Assembly: GCA_963662405.2 (NCBI GenBank)
Contig: CAXXKT010000002.1
Location: forward strand, 320,001 to 384,000
Direction: 5' to 3'
Origin: Syntrophales bacterium
GTDB lineage: Bacteria > Desulfobacterota > Syntrophia > Syntrophales > UBA2210
DNA: 64,000 nucleotides
Shown: in pieces, positions 1 to 9,206 of the stretch
Numbering within the stretch: the stretch's first letter is position 1
Layout of the letters: each line of letters opens with the position of its first letter
The notes under the pieces: model-generated
Databases searched by the model: none
What the model was told of the DNA's origin: nothing
Seen by the model: only the letters and a program-made list of their open reading frames with translations
Position numbers and translations under genes: made by a program

Positions 1-1
1 C

Positions 2-892
2 GCCGCCGAGGCACAGCTCAAATACGACGTGCTTGATGAGGCTGCGATGGATGAACTGAGGATGCATGCACTTCTCGGGGTGGCACGGGGGAGCGCCGAA
101 GAGGCGCGCCTGATCATTCTCGAATACAACGGCGGGAATGCAGGGACCGCACCTGTCGTTTTGGTCGGCAAGGGAATCACCTTTGACAGCGGAGGGATAT
201 CCATCAAGCCCTCCGACAAGATGGACGAGATGAAATCGGACATGGCCGGGGGAGCCGCCGTAATCGGCACGATCAAGGCAGCAGCGGATCTGAAGCTCCC
301 CCTGAATGTGGTGGCCATTATCCCGGCGACGGAAAACCTCCCTGGCGGACAGGCCTATAAACCGGGGGATATCCTCAAGACCATGTCGGGGCTAACGGTA
401 GAGGTCAAAAACACCGATGCAGAGGGACGGCTTATCCTCGCCGATGCCCTCACCTTTGCGAAGCGTTACCACCCGGCGGCGATTATCGATGTCGCCACAT
501 TGACCGGGGCCTGCGTTGTCGCCCTCGGGGATTATCTCATCGGTATGATGGGAACGGATGAAAAGCTGAAAAAACACATGTCCGAGGCCTCGGATGCCAC
601 GGGTGAAATGGTGTGGGAGCTTCCCTTGTGGCACGAGTACGATGAATTGATAAAGAGTGATGTAGCGGACATCAAGAATGTCGGGACACGGGCCGGGGGG
701 ACCATAACGGCGGCCCTCTTTCTCAAGAGATTCGTGGATGATTGTCCCTGGGTGCATCTCGACATCGCCGGACCGGCACTCATTGCAAAGGATAAGCCCT
801 ATATCCCCAAGGGGGCGTCCGGAATCGGCGTTCGGCTTCTCACACAGTTTCTGATGGACCGGAGCCAGGGTTTCCATGTCTCACATCCTTGA
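2..892 (+). CDS. pepA: Leucyl aminopeptidase (M17), 5' end outside window
   Basis: Motifs VGKGITFDSGG, MKSDMAG, NTDAEGRL, HLDIAG; frame is open from the window edge. Confidence 0.95.
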   Translation, partial: AAEAQLKYDVLDEAAMDELRMHALLGVARGSAEEARLIILEYNGGNAGTAPVVLVGKGITFDSGGISIKPSDKMDEMKSDMAGGAAVIGTIKAAADLKLPLNVVAIIPATENLPGGQAYKPGDILKTMSGLTVEVKNTDAEGRLILADALTFAKRYHPAAIIDVATLTGACVVALGDYLIGMMGTDEKLKKHMSEASDATGEMVWELPLWHEYDELIKSDVADIKNVGTRAGGTITAALFLKRFVDDCPWVHLDIAGPALIAKDKPYIPKGASGIGVRLLTQFLMDRSQGFHVSHP

Positions 893-1844
893 CATACAGG
901 GCCTGAAGACATTTTTTTCGACACGAAATGGAACGGTCAGGGCTGTAGACGGCGTGGATCTCGCCGTAGACAGGGGAGACACCCTCGGGATCGTCGGGGA
1001 ATCGGGGTGTGGAAAGACCGTCCTCGCCCTCTCGGTCATGCGGCTGATACCGCAGCCCCCCGGGCGTATTGTCGGAGGGCGAATCCTCTTTAAAGGAACC
1101 GACCTCCTTGCCCTCGACGACAATCAAATGCGCCGGCTTCGGGGAAACGACATATCCATGATATTCCAGGAACCGATGAACTCCCTCAACCCCGTCCTGA
1201 AGGTGGGAGATCAGATCTCCGAGGTAATCAAACTCCACATGCGCGTTACGGAGGAAGAGGCCCGGGACCGCGCCCTCGATATGCTCCGGCTCGTCGGCCT
1301 GTCACCCACTCGTGAGACCATGAGGAGTTATCCCCATCAGATGAGCGGTGGGATGCGCCAGCGGATCATGATCGCCATGGCACTCGCCTGCAGCCCCGAA
1401 CTGATGCTCGCCGACGAACCGACGACGGCCCTCGATGTTACCATCCAGGCACAGATTACCGACCTGATCAACAATCTGAAGGAGGAGGTGGGAACCTCGG
1501 TCATCCTGATAACCCATGACCTGGGGATCGTCGCGGAGATGACCCAGCATGTCGCCGTGATGTACACGGGAAAAGTGGTTGAGACATGCGGCACGGACGA
1601 TCTCTTCTCTACGCCGCTCCACCCTTATACCAGAGGGCTGATGGAATCCACACCGAAGAAGGCCACGGGAGAAGAGGGATATCTCAGGGCAATCCCCGGC
1701 AACGTCCCGAATCTCTACGAGATCCCCTCGGGATGCAGTTTCAGGAATCGATGCCCCGATGTTATGGATATCTGTGCAAACGAGGAACCGCACCTGCTGG
1801 AGCATTCCCCCGGTCACGAGGTACGCTGCTGGAGGTACCAGTGA
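876..1844 (+). CDS. Oligopeptide/dipeptide ABC transporter ATP-binding subunit (OppD/DppD-like)
   Basis: Walker A GESGCGKT, YPHQMSGGMRQR, ADEPTTALD, C-terminal GC.F..RC oligo-HPY domain. Confidence 0.93.
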   Translation: MSHILDIQGLKTFFSTRNGTVRAVDGVDLAVDRGDTLGIVGESGCGKTVLALSVMRLIPQPPGRIVGGRILFKGTDLLALDDNQMRRLRGNDISMIFQEPMNSLNPVLKVGDQISEVIKLHMRVTEEEARDRALDMLRLVGLSPTRETMRSYPHQMSGGMRQRIMIAMALACSPELMLADEPTTALDVTIQAQITDLINNLKEEVGTSVILITHDLGIVAEMTQHVAVMYTGKVVETCGTDDLFSTPLHPYTRGLMESTPKKATGEEGYLRAIPGNVPNLYEIPSGCSFRNRCPDVMDICANEEPHLLEHSPGHEVRCWRYQ

Positions 1845-1860
1845 ACAAGGATCGAGAAGG

Positions 1861-2835
1861 ATGAACGAGGTCTTACTCCGCACCGAAGGACTGAAAAAGT
1901 ACTTCCCCGTCCGGGGTGGCTTTCTTTCGGGTAAACTGAAGACGGCACGGGCCGTCGACGGCATCGATCTGCAGATCTTCAGGGGAGAAACCCTCGGCCT
2001 GGTAGGGGAATCCGGATGCGGGAAGACCACCCTCGGACGCCTCATCTCCCGCCTTGAAGAGCCAACCGCCGGAAGGATCACCTTTCAGGGTGAAGACATC
2101 CTCGCCTACTCCCGCAAAGAGATAAAAGCGCTTCGCAGAAGAATTCAACTCATATTTCAGGACCCGTATGCCTCGCTGAATCCGAGAATGAGCGCGGGTG
2201 CCATCGTGGGAGAGGCCATCTCGATCCACAGGATCCTGAAAAGACAGGGAAAAGAGGAAAGAATTGCCGATCTGATGGAAACTGTTGGGCTCAGTAAAGA
2301 ACAGATGGGGCGCTATCCTCACGAGTTCAGCGGCGGCCAGAGGCAGCGCATCGGGATAGCACGGGCGCTGGCCCTCAACCCCGAACTGGTCATCGCAGAC
2401 GAGCCCGTATCGGCGCTGGATGTCTCTATACAGGCACAGATACTCAATCTTCTGAAAGACTTACAGGAAAGATTTCATCTCACTTATCTCTTCATCAGTC
2501 ATGACCTGAGTGTCGTCGAGCATATCAGCGACCGGGTCGCCGTCATGTACCTGGGAAAAATCGTGGAACTCGCGGGCAAAAAGACCCTCTACGACACCCC
2601 CCTTCACCCCTATACACAGGCCCTTCTGTCCGCAGTCCCTATTCCCGACCCCGCACATGCCAGGGACAGGATACTGCTTGGCGGTGGCATTCCCAACCCC
2701 ACCGCCCCCCCCTCCGGGTGTTCGTTCCACCCCCGGTGCCGGTATCGTATGGACATATGTGACACAACGATACCGCCACTTGAAGATCGGGGAGATGGGC
2801 ATTACGTGGCATGTCACCTGAAAACCGCATGTTGA
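1861..2835 (+). CDS. Oligopeptide/dipeptide ABC transporter ATP-binding subunit (OppF/DppF-like)
   Basis: GESGCGKT, YPHEFSGGQRQR, ADEPVSALD; ATG at 1861 preferred over the track start, which overlaps the upstream gene. Confidence 0.93.
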   Translation: MNEVLLRTEGLKKYFPVRGGFLSGKLKTARAVDGIDLQIFRGETLGLVGESGCGKTTLGRLISRLEEPTAGRITFQGEDILAYSRKEIKALRRRIQLIFQDPYASLNPRMSAGAIVGEAISIHRILKRQGKEERIADLMETVGLSKEQMGRYPHEFSGGQRQRIGIARALALNPELVIADEPVSALDVSIQAQILNLLKDLQERFHLTYLFISHDLSVVEHISDRVAVMYLGKIVELAGKKTLYDTPLHPYTQALLSAVPIPDPAHARDRILLGGGIPNPTAPPSGCSFHPRCRYRMDICDTTIPPLEDRGDGHYVACHLKTAC

Positions 2836-2959
2836 TCCGGTTCCCGAAAAAAAATCTGAAATAATACTTGACGAACAGATCTCAAAAGCATAGATAGGGA
2901 AGTCAATTTTCTTGGGACGACTCTCATGCCCCGGCAGGGGTTGTTCGAGCAAGGAAAAA

Positions 2960-3036
2960 GCGCCCGTAGCTCAGCTGGATAGAGTCGCAGACTTCGAATC
3001 TGTTGGTCGAAGGTTCGAATCCTTCCGGGCGCGCCA
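2960..3036 (+). tRNA. tRNA-Arg (anticodon TCG)
   Basis: GCGCCCG acceptor stem, anticodon arm GCAGA-CT-TCG-AA-TCTGT, GGTTCGAATCC T-loop, encoded CCA. Confidence 0.95.
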
Positions 3037-3059
3037 TACATTCGACCACATGACACAAC

Positions 3060-3136
3060 GGGCCCTTAGCTCAGCTGGTAGCAGCAACTGACTCTTAATC
3101 AGTAGGTCGTCGGTTCGAACCCGACAGGGCCCACCA
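3060..3136 (+). tRNA. tRNA-Lys (anticodon CTT); island integration site
   Basis: GGGCCCT/AGGGCCC acceptor stem, ACTGA-CT-CTT-AA-TCAGT arm, GGTTCGAAC, CCA. Confidence 0.95.
3086..3136 (+). repeat. att direct repeat, tRNA-proximal copy (51 bp)
   Basis: Identical to 34924-34974. Confidence 0.95.
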
Positions 3137-3144
3137 AAAATAAC

Positions 3145-3179
3145 AAGGGGTTACGAGAAATCGTAGCCCCTTTCTTTTT
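3145..3179 (+). terminator. Intrinsic terminator after the tRNA pair
   Basis: AAGGGGTTACGA-GAAA-TCGTAGCCCCTT then T-run; near-identical hairpin follows the distal att at ~34982-35012. Confidence 0.8.
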
Positions 3180-3194
3180 GTAGATTTTGCAATA

Positions 3195-3213
3195 TGTAGC
3201 CACAGTGTAGCCA
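3195..3213 (+). promoter_or_regulatory. Putative integrase arm-type sites (TGTAGCCA x2, 11-bp period)
   Basis: Same tandem pair at 34791-34809 and an inverted copy at 34883-34890. Confidence 0.65.
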
Positions 3214-3320
3214 CTTTCGGGACATTTAAAAGGCCCCCGGTTTCTCTGTCGGACCACTCCGCCCTTCTTGAATATATTGTATTGTTATGACGATATTATT
3301 AATTTTCTGTGATAGGAAAG

Positions 3321-3446
3321 CTTGACAATCCGTCATGATAGAGTTAACGGGGTAATAGCTTTGATCTTGGCGTTTTTTTCTACTTATGAGCGGCTGTAAC
3401 CAATGGAGGGGATTATGGTCTGATCGTCAAGAACTTTTTCCCCTCC
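3321..3446 (+). repeat. Repeated non-coding module, copy A
   Basis: CTTGACA-N11-TAGAGTTA followed by CTGTAAC..GGGGATTATGGTCTGATC; homologous to 5497-5660 and 15677-15851. Confidence 0.75.
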
Positions 3447-3518
3447 TTCGTCTATTCGTTCCCGACCATCCGGCTCGCACTGATAAAGCGGTACAGATCG
3501 ACTATTGATTCAGGCAGT

Positions 3519-3765
3519 TTGAGGAGTCGCCATAAATCGGCATATCTATTTGAAAGAGGGGACGGTAAGCCCTACACAAGCAAAGATATAAACTGCATCT
3601 GTGGAATGGCATGCGCACAAACGAGGATACTGATCAAGCCCAATAATGCCATCAAGCACTCTCTTGAATACCAACTTTTAGATGAAGGGCACAGTCTTGG
3701 CGAAGTCGCGGAAATTTTGGAACATGAAACCCGCAAATGACAAGACGGTATGCCAAGAGAACGTC
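3519..3765 (+). pseudogene. Tyrosine recombinase C-terminal remnant
   Basis: Degenerate HS....LL..G..L..V.EILxH box, then frameshifted MTRRYAK (catalytic Tyr region). Confidence 0.7.
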
Positions 3766-3854
3766 CAAGAGAAAAAGCGACGGGCTCCGCGATGCATCTG
3801 CGAAGCCCGTGTTGATTAATCGTTACGATTGTTATCTTGAAAGATTATTACTAC

Positions 3855-5223
3855 TTATTTCTCTCGCTTTCTCAACTCGGCAGGCATAACGTAGTTCTGC
3901 GGAGAACCGACGCCCTTGTACACCGCCTCATTCTCCCTGGCGCACCCCCCCCAGATACGCGATCTTCCCGTCGTTCTGGAACTGTACTATCGGGATAATC
4001 AGAGCGCCGGGGAGATTTTTATTTAAGGGATCAGAAAGATCCGCTCTGACCTTGGAGTGGAAGTAAGGTTTCACCCGCTCTTGCACGTAGGCCATCTTGC
4101 CGATCGAAAAGGTGGTCTGTGTCGTCTCCATCGCCTTGATCAGCTTGTCGATATCATCGACACCCCCCGCGGTCTCGATCACTTTCTTGATGAAATAGAT
4201 ATCCGCGTATGCAAGGTGAACGTGAATCTGGGCCGGGATACCATGTTTGGCGGCCAGCTCCACAAAGGGGATGGTCTTGTCCGTCAGCGGGATCCGGCAC
4301 TCGGTAAAGAGGGCAGAAACACCCAAACATTTCCCGCCGGTCAATTTCCAGAAATCGGCAGTCTGCGAGACACCGCCGGTGAAATCAATGGGGATATCGC
4401 GCGCGGCCGAATCGGCCCACTGCTTGACGAAGGATTCCGTGTCGGTAAACCAGGAACTTGTGTAAAGGATATTCTGAGCCCCCGAGCTGGCGATCTGCTG
4501 GAGGAGGGGCAGGTACATCGTCCCCCTCGGTTTGACTGTCTTGCTGTAGACGACCTTGATATCGAATTCTTTCTCAAGCATATCCTCGAAGGAAGGCGCG
4601 CCCAATTCGGGAATACCCTCTCGATACGCCTTGGTCCACTCAAGATCCTCATAGAGAATAGCGATTTTTTTTAAGCCGTTGGGAAATCGCTGTGGCCATG
4701 TTGTTCCCCAGAAATATCTCATCATGGGGTAATATGTCGAATCCGTAATCCAGTCACGAAAACAGAACTTGTATCTCTCGTAGTCGTCGGCGATCCGGTT
4801 GGTCAGCTCCATCCCCTGAGCACCGTTAAAGATCAGAATGTGCGGGTAGTCCTTGAACATAGCCGCTCCGTTCTCCTGAGCGGCGAGACAGATCTCCGTT
4901 CTTCCCTCAACGAAGATGAACTTCGCCTTCTCTTCCATCAGTAGGCGGCGTGTCCCCTCAACTGTCAGAGAGGTCGCGCCTTTATTGTCAGCTATGGCAT
5001 ACTTCAAGGGTCTTCCGAGAACCCCGCCGGCCTCGTTGATCTCTTGGACTGCGAGCTTCTGGATGGCCATGCAGGGCCTCGTACCCGGCGAGAGCACCAT
5101 TCCCGCGTACCCGATCACGATCGGTTCTCCCGACGGTGCGGCACCCATGCCAGTCAACGGAAAGCAGAACGTCAGTGCAAGCGCAGCCACAACAAACAAC
5201 TTCAATTCAGATCTTCTGGTCAT
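3855..5223 (-). CDS. ABC transporter substrate-binding protein (LivJ-like), frameshifted in a G8 tract near the 3' end
   Basis: Signal peptide, 'EINEAGGVLGRPL' motif; track ORF stops at 3928, but removing one G at 3945-3952 restores a C-terminus ending YVMPAELRKREK at 3855. Confidence 0.8.
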
Positions 5224-5496
5224 CGTCTTTTCCTCCTTTTGTTGTGTGGTGTGTATTACTTTGCAAACAACCTCACGCTATTGCTCCGGTGGTTAAAAGC
5301 ATCAATCACCTTACCAAGCGTGGCACGGTATCCACGCCAGCCTTGGCCTCACGTTGTGCGAGACAAACTTGATAGATGTAATTATTCGCTGGAGCAATAT
5401 TGTATTGATCAGTATACCGGGATGTCATACAAATCCGCATGGCACTCATTTGTTTGCTTTGGCGACTGCAAGTATTAAGATGTTCACGAAAAATCG

Positions 5497-5660
5497 AAAG
5501 CCCCATCTCTCATTTTTGAGAAACAGGGCTTTGGATGATCAGGCCATAATCCCCCCAAGTTACAGATGTTCACAAGTAAACAATAACGTGAAAATCAAAA
5601 CCGCTAAACGCTTAACTCTATGACAAGACTTTGTCAAGCAATTTTCAGCGAGACTTTCAA
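5497..5660 (-). repeat. Repeated non-coding module, copy B, with terminator hairpin (candidate sRNA/leader)
   Basis: Strongly similar to 15677-15851; hairpin AAAGCCCTGTTTCTCA..TGAGAGATGGGGCTTT. Confidence 0.75.
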
Positions 5661-5684
5661 GGAAAAACCAAGTTAACGTATCAG

Positions 5685-5721
5685 AAACACTTTAAAATAC
5701 TACTTTGGTAGTATTTACAAT
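5685..5721 (+). promoter_or_regulatory. Palindromic operator upstream of PEP-CTERM gene
   Basis: AAATACTAC-TTTG-GTAGTATTT; near-identical 37-bp copy at 63136-63172. Confidence 0.65.
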
Positions 5722-5778
5722 GTTCCGGTGATTAGAGAAAATGGCCCTCAAGGAAACAATAATGAGAGGACCATGGAC

Positions 5779-6381
5779 ATGAAGAAGATATTACGCATGA
5801 TTTGTCTGCTACTTCTTGCGGTTTTGGTGTCAGGGAAAGCTCATGCAACAATGTACAGCTGGGGTCTGGGCGACATTTATTCGCTTGATAAAAACTACTA
5901 TTACACGTGGGGTCTGGACGATTTTTCCCTGTCAGAGAATGAGATCATATCGTCCGCTTCGGTAACTTTCTACGATATTAGCTCGTATTGGAAATCTGGA
6001 GTGTTGTATCTGAGTCTGTTGGACACCGCCCGAGAAGGGCTCAGTTACGGAAGTGATTTGTTCACCAAAAACAATTATTTCGAAAGTGAGGCCTATTTAG
6101 GTGAACAAACTACACTAGAGTACTGGAAAAAGATTTCGAATGTTTCTCAAACCATAACTTACTACTTTGACAAATCGGAAATAGCAACGCTTATTGCATA
6201 TCTTGCGAATGATTCGGTGGTGGGACTCGGTATAGATCCGGATCAGTATTTTTACAACAAGGGCATATCCTTCAACATCGAAACATCTAGTGGCGCACCC
6301 GTACCGGAACCAACGACCATGTTGCTCCTGGGATTCGGGCTTGCCGGAATGGCTCTCGTGAAGAGAAAAGGGAAAGTGTAG
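5779..6381 (+). CDS. PEP-CTERM sorting domain protein
   Basis: Signal peptide (AHA cleavage site); C-terminal PVPEPTTMLLLGFGLAGMALVKRK. Confidence 0.92.
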   Translation: MKKILRMICLLLLAVLVSGKAHATMYSWGLGDIYSLDKNYYYTWGLDDFSLSENEIISSASVTFYDISSYWKSGVLYLSLLDTAREGLSYGSDLFTKNNYFESEAYLGEQTTLEYWKKISNVSQTITYYFDKSEIATLIAYLANDSVVGLGIDPDQYFYNKGISFNIETSSGAPVPEPTTMLLLGFGLAGMALVKRKGKV

Positions 6382-6620
6382 TGGGTAGTACCCTTCAAGG
6401 ACGGAGCAGAGAACCTATCTGTTTTCTTTAGATAGACTTTCAGATAAGGGTTTTATTGCTATAGGACATGTGTATGTCGATCAATGCGTGCTTCCTGAAC
6501 TCGATAAAATAGACATGGTTAGATATGTTGTAAATTACTTTTGGGGAACTGATGGTATCGAAGCTCACAATGGCAAGAGGAAACGGGCGAAACCCGCTTT
6601 AACGTGTCCGCAGATATTGC

Positions 6621-7070
6621 TTAAGTGTTCTCGCTAGTCGACGCAGGTTTAGGTTTGTATTTGATGGCGATCCTGACACCGAAATAGTTAGTGCACCTGC
6701 GATATCTACCAATTCCACTCCTAGAGCTTTCATAGCCTGAGCATGGTATATAATCTTTCTGAAGGTATGTCTGATTGGATGCAACCATTTTTTCAATCAG
6801 ATTGCTCACGGAGAGGCCGCCTTTGCAACACATCGGGTTTGTACAATCGATATACTCCACAACATCCTTTCCATAGCGTTCGTAATGTTTTTCCGTAGTT
6901 AAATTGGTGACTTTGTGATTGACGCTACGTTTGACAAGGACTTCAATATCTTCAATACTTGGAAAAGCTTCAGCAAATGATCCTTCCCCCGAAAACGTGG
7001 AGCCTGTATTGGGAGAGATGCCGGATGCCTCTTCTATGTCTAGACTGCTCATGTGGTTCTCCTGTGGCAC
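6621..7070 (-). CDS. Hypothetical Cys-containing protein
   Basis: 149-aa ORF with CTNPMC...C...C; start uncertain, abuts an IS200 end. Confidence 0.5.
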   Translation of the reverse strand: MPQENHMSSLDIEEASGISPNTGSTFSGEGSFAEAFPSIEDIEVLVKRSVNHKVTNLTTEKHYERYGKDVVEYIDCTNPMCCKGGLSVSNLIEKMVASNQTYLQKDYIPCSGYESSRSGIGRYRRCTNYFGVRIAIKYKPKPASTSENT

Positions 7071-7099
7071 AAATCAACCAGTGTTACGGATATTGACTC

Positions 7100-7635
7100 A
7101 ACTACCCTCGACTATAAGTCGAGGGGTTATGACGGGTCGATTGAAAATCGACTGTCGTCAACTATCGGCTCCCCTTCTTGCTCTTGAATATATTGCGCTA
7201 TCATCTCGTCAGTTATATTACCGGAACTGACAGCAAGGTATCCTCGCGCCCAAAGATGCCTGCCCCAAAATTGCTTCTTTAAATGAGGAAATTCGGATAA
7301 TAGCACCCGCGAGCTTATCCCCTTCAACCATTGAACAATCTTGCTGATATCCAGATTAGGCCGATATAAAATGAACATGTGCACATGGTCGCTCGCTACT
7401 TTTCCGGTAATGATGTCAAGCTCATGCTCAAAAGCAATTTGGCGCAGAACATCTCGCGCGCGATTTGCTACTGGACCCGTTAATACTTGCTTTCGGTATT
7501 TCGGTATCCAAACAAGATGTACCTTTAAATCCGTTTTTGTATGAGCCCCAATTTGATAACGTCGCATAGCGACAGATATAAACTTTTCTTCGCCTAAAGG
7601 CGAGGGATTTCAACCATCCCCGAGGGAGACATTAA
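7100..7635 (-). mobile_element. IS200/IS605-family element (tnpA only)
   Basis: TnpA flanked by subterminal hairpins CCCTCGACTATAAGTCGAGGG and TTCGCCTAAAGGCGAG. Confidence 0.8.
7127..7567 (-). CDS. tnpA: IS200-type HUH (Y1) transposase
   Basis: HLVWIPKYRK, DHVHM (HUH), LWARGY, YIQEQ. Confidence 0.93.
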   Translation of the reverse strand: MRRYQIGAHTKTDLKVHLVWIPKYRKQVLTGPVANRARDVLRQIAFEHELDIITGKVASDHVHMFILYRPNLDISKIVQWLKGISSRVLLSEFPHLKKQFWGRHLWARGYLAVSSGNITDEMIAQYIQEQEGEPIVDDSRFSIDPS

Positions 7636-7640
7636 AAAAA

Positions 7641-8376
7641 GGGTCTTGACTAGAACAGCGGTTTATTTTTGAAGTTCTTTAACAACAATTTATAGATATC
7701 GGTGTTACGGTTGTTGAACCGGAACTCACATTCCTTGAGATGCAGGTAAAAGGTTGATTGTGGAATACCATGGAACTTCATCAGCCTCCGTTTTGCGAAT
7801 GACCAGAAGGATTCAATGCCATTGATGTGGCTTTTCCCCCTGGCAAATTCATTGGCTCCGTGATGAACACGGTAATGCTTTTTGTATCCCAAGTCAACCA
7901 AACCATCATAGCCTCTCCAACTATCTGAATGTATGACACTATTCGGTTCAACTTTGCCCCTGATAATGGCCTGGAGAGTCTTCCTGGCGCAATCGGGAAC
8001 GATTTCGGTATAGACACTGCCTTTTCGTTGCAGGATACCGAATACAGGGGTTTTTCTCCCGGCCCCACGGCCTCGTTTCCCTTTGATACGTTTTGCACCG
8101 AAATATGATTCGTCAACCTCGATTTCACCCTGAAATGGTGATTCTTCTTCGCACAGATCAGCTATACGTTGACGAATCAAAGACAGATATCGATTCACCG
8201 TATTTCTATTGAGTTTTGTTAAAAGAGCGATGGTTTGAGCATCCAAATCGAAGGCAAAATACTTCACGATCTCTCTAAATTTTGCCTCTGAAATTTTGGA
8301 ATTTTTTACATACTTGTTACTTATTGACATGACTAGACTCTTAACATATTTCCGTGTGCTGTTCTAGTCAAGACCC
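7641..8376 (-). mobile_element. IS1595-family element
   Basis: Perfect terminal IR GGGTCTTGACTAGAACAGC; no target duplication evident. Confidence 0.85.
7650..8330 (-). CDS. IS1595-family (ISXO2-like) DDE transposase
   Basis: EVDESYFG, RGRGA, HSD, HINGIESFWS, YLHLKECEFRFN. Confidence 0.92.
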   Translation of the reverse strand: MSISNKYVKNSKISEAKFREIVKYFAFDLDAQTIALLTKLNRNTVNRYLSLIRQRIADLCEEESPFQGEIEVDESYFGAKRIKGKRGRGAGRKTPVFGILQRKGSVYTEIVPDCARKTLQAIIRGKVEPNSVIHSDSWRGYDGLVDLGYKKHYRVHHGANEFARGKSHINGIESFWSFAKRRLMKFHGIPQSTFYLHLKECEFRFNNRNTDIYKLLLKNFKNKPLF

Positions 8377-8461
8377 TTGTTTTATTAAAGCAGCCGTTTA
8401 TTGGTCGAATTCATTCGACGCGGCTGCTGAACCCCTCGACTTATAGTCGAGGGTAGTTCAA

Positions 8462-8922
8462 TTCATCTTGAGGGCCACCTGAAAGAGCTGACTACTATGA
8501 TGGTCGAGTTCTGCCGCTCTGATATGGGGGATGACATTGATATCATGACCTCTCTACGGGGGATTGGTGAGAAAACGGCGGCAAACTTTCTTATCGAGAT
8601 GGGAGGTGATATCCAGAGATTTGAAGATCACAAAAAACTTATCGCCATGGCGGGTATTGATCCTGCCATATATCAGTCTGGAAAGCATGAAGGGCACGGC
8701 AGGATCACCAAGCGCGGGAATCGTCATCTCAGACGAGTAATCTGGCTTATGACTATCCGGGTTATTCAATTCAATCAGTGTTTCCAAAACTACTATAAAA
8801 AGAGGATCCGGGATGGACTTCCCTTCAAAAAAGCGGTCCTTGCTACAGCCCATAAACTCCTGAGGGTCATTTTCGCCATGCTTACTCAAAGAACACTTTT
8901 TAACGACATGACGGAGTCATGA
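8462..8922 (+). pseudogene. IS110-family transposase, C-terminal fragment
   Basis: GIG..TA, AGIDP..YQSG, ITKRGNRHLR, AHKLLRVIFAML; no N-terminal DEDD domain. Confidence 0.85.
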
Positions 8923-9206
8923 TAGTTGACTAAAGTGTTGTTTTTTCGAATTCATTCACCCATGCCACATTACAATCGGAAATCATCAAGGTGTTAGCTC
9001 TAGAATCTGCGTGTTTTTCCTTTTCAGCTCTGTCAACCTATAATTTCTCATTCCATTAACGCACACTGCTCATTCCTCTTTAAAGTTTCTGGAGAGAGTG
9101 ATATAATTATGAAGTCTTAGTGTTTAAGCGATCGATACGTCTTATACTTCTATACAACCATCCTTTCTTTTCGGTTAGTACTCTATGTCATTACAAGGGG
9201 AATCAG

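Noticed and set aside
5497..5640. Repeated leader as a c-di-GMP (GEMM) or other known riboswitch
   Set aside because: Tempting given nearby c-di-GMP genes, but I could not see GEMM-I/II, TPP, SAM or fluoride consensus elements; left unassigned pending an Rfam search
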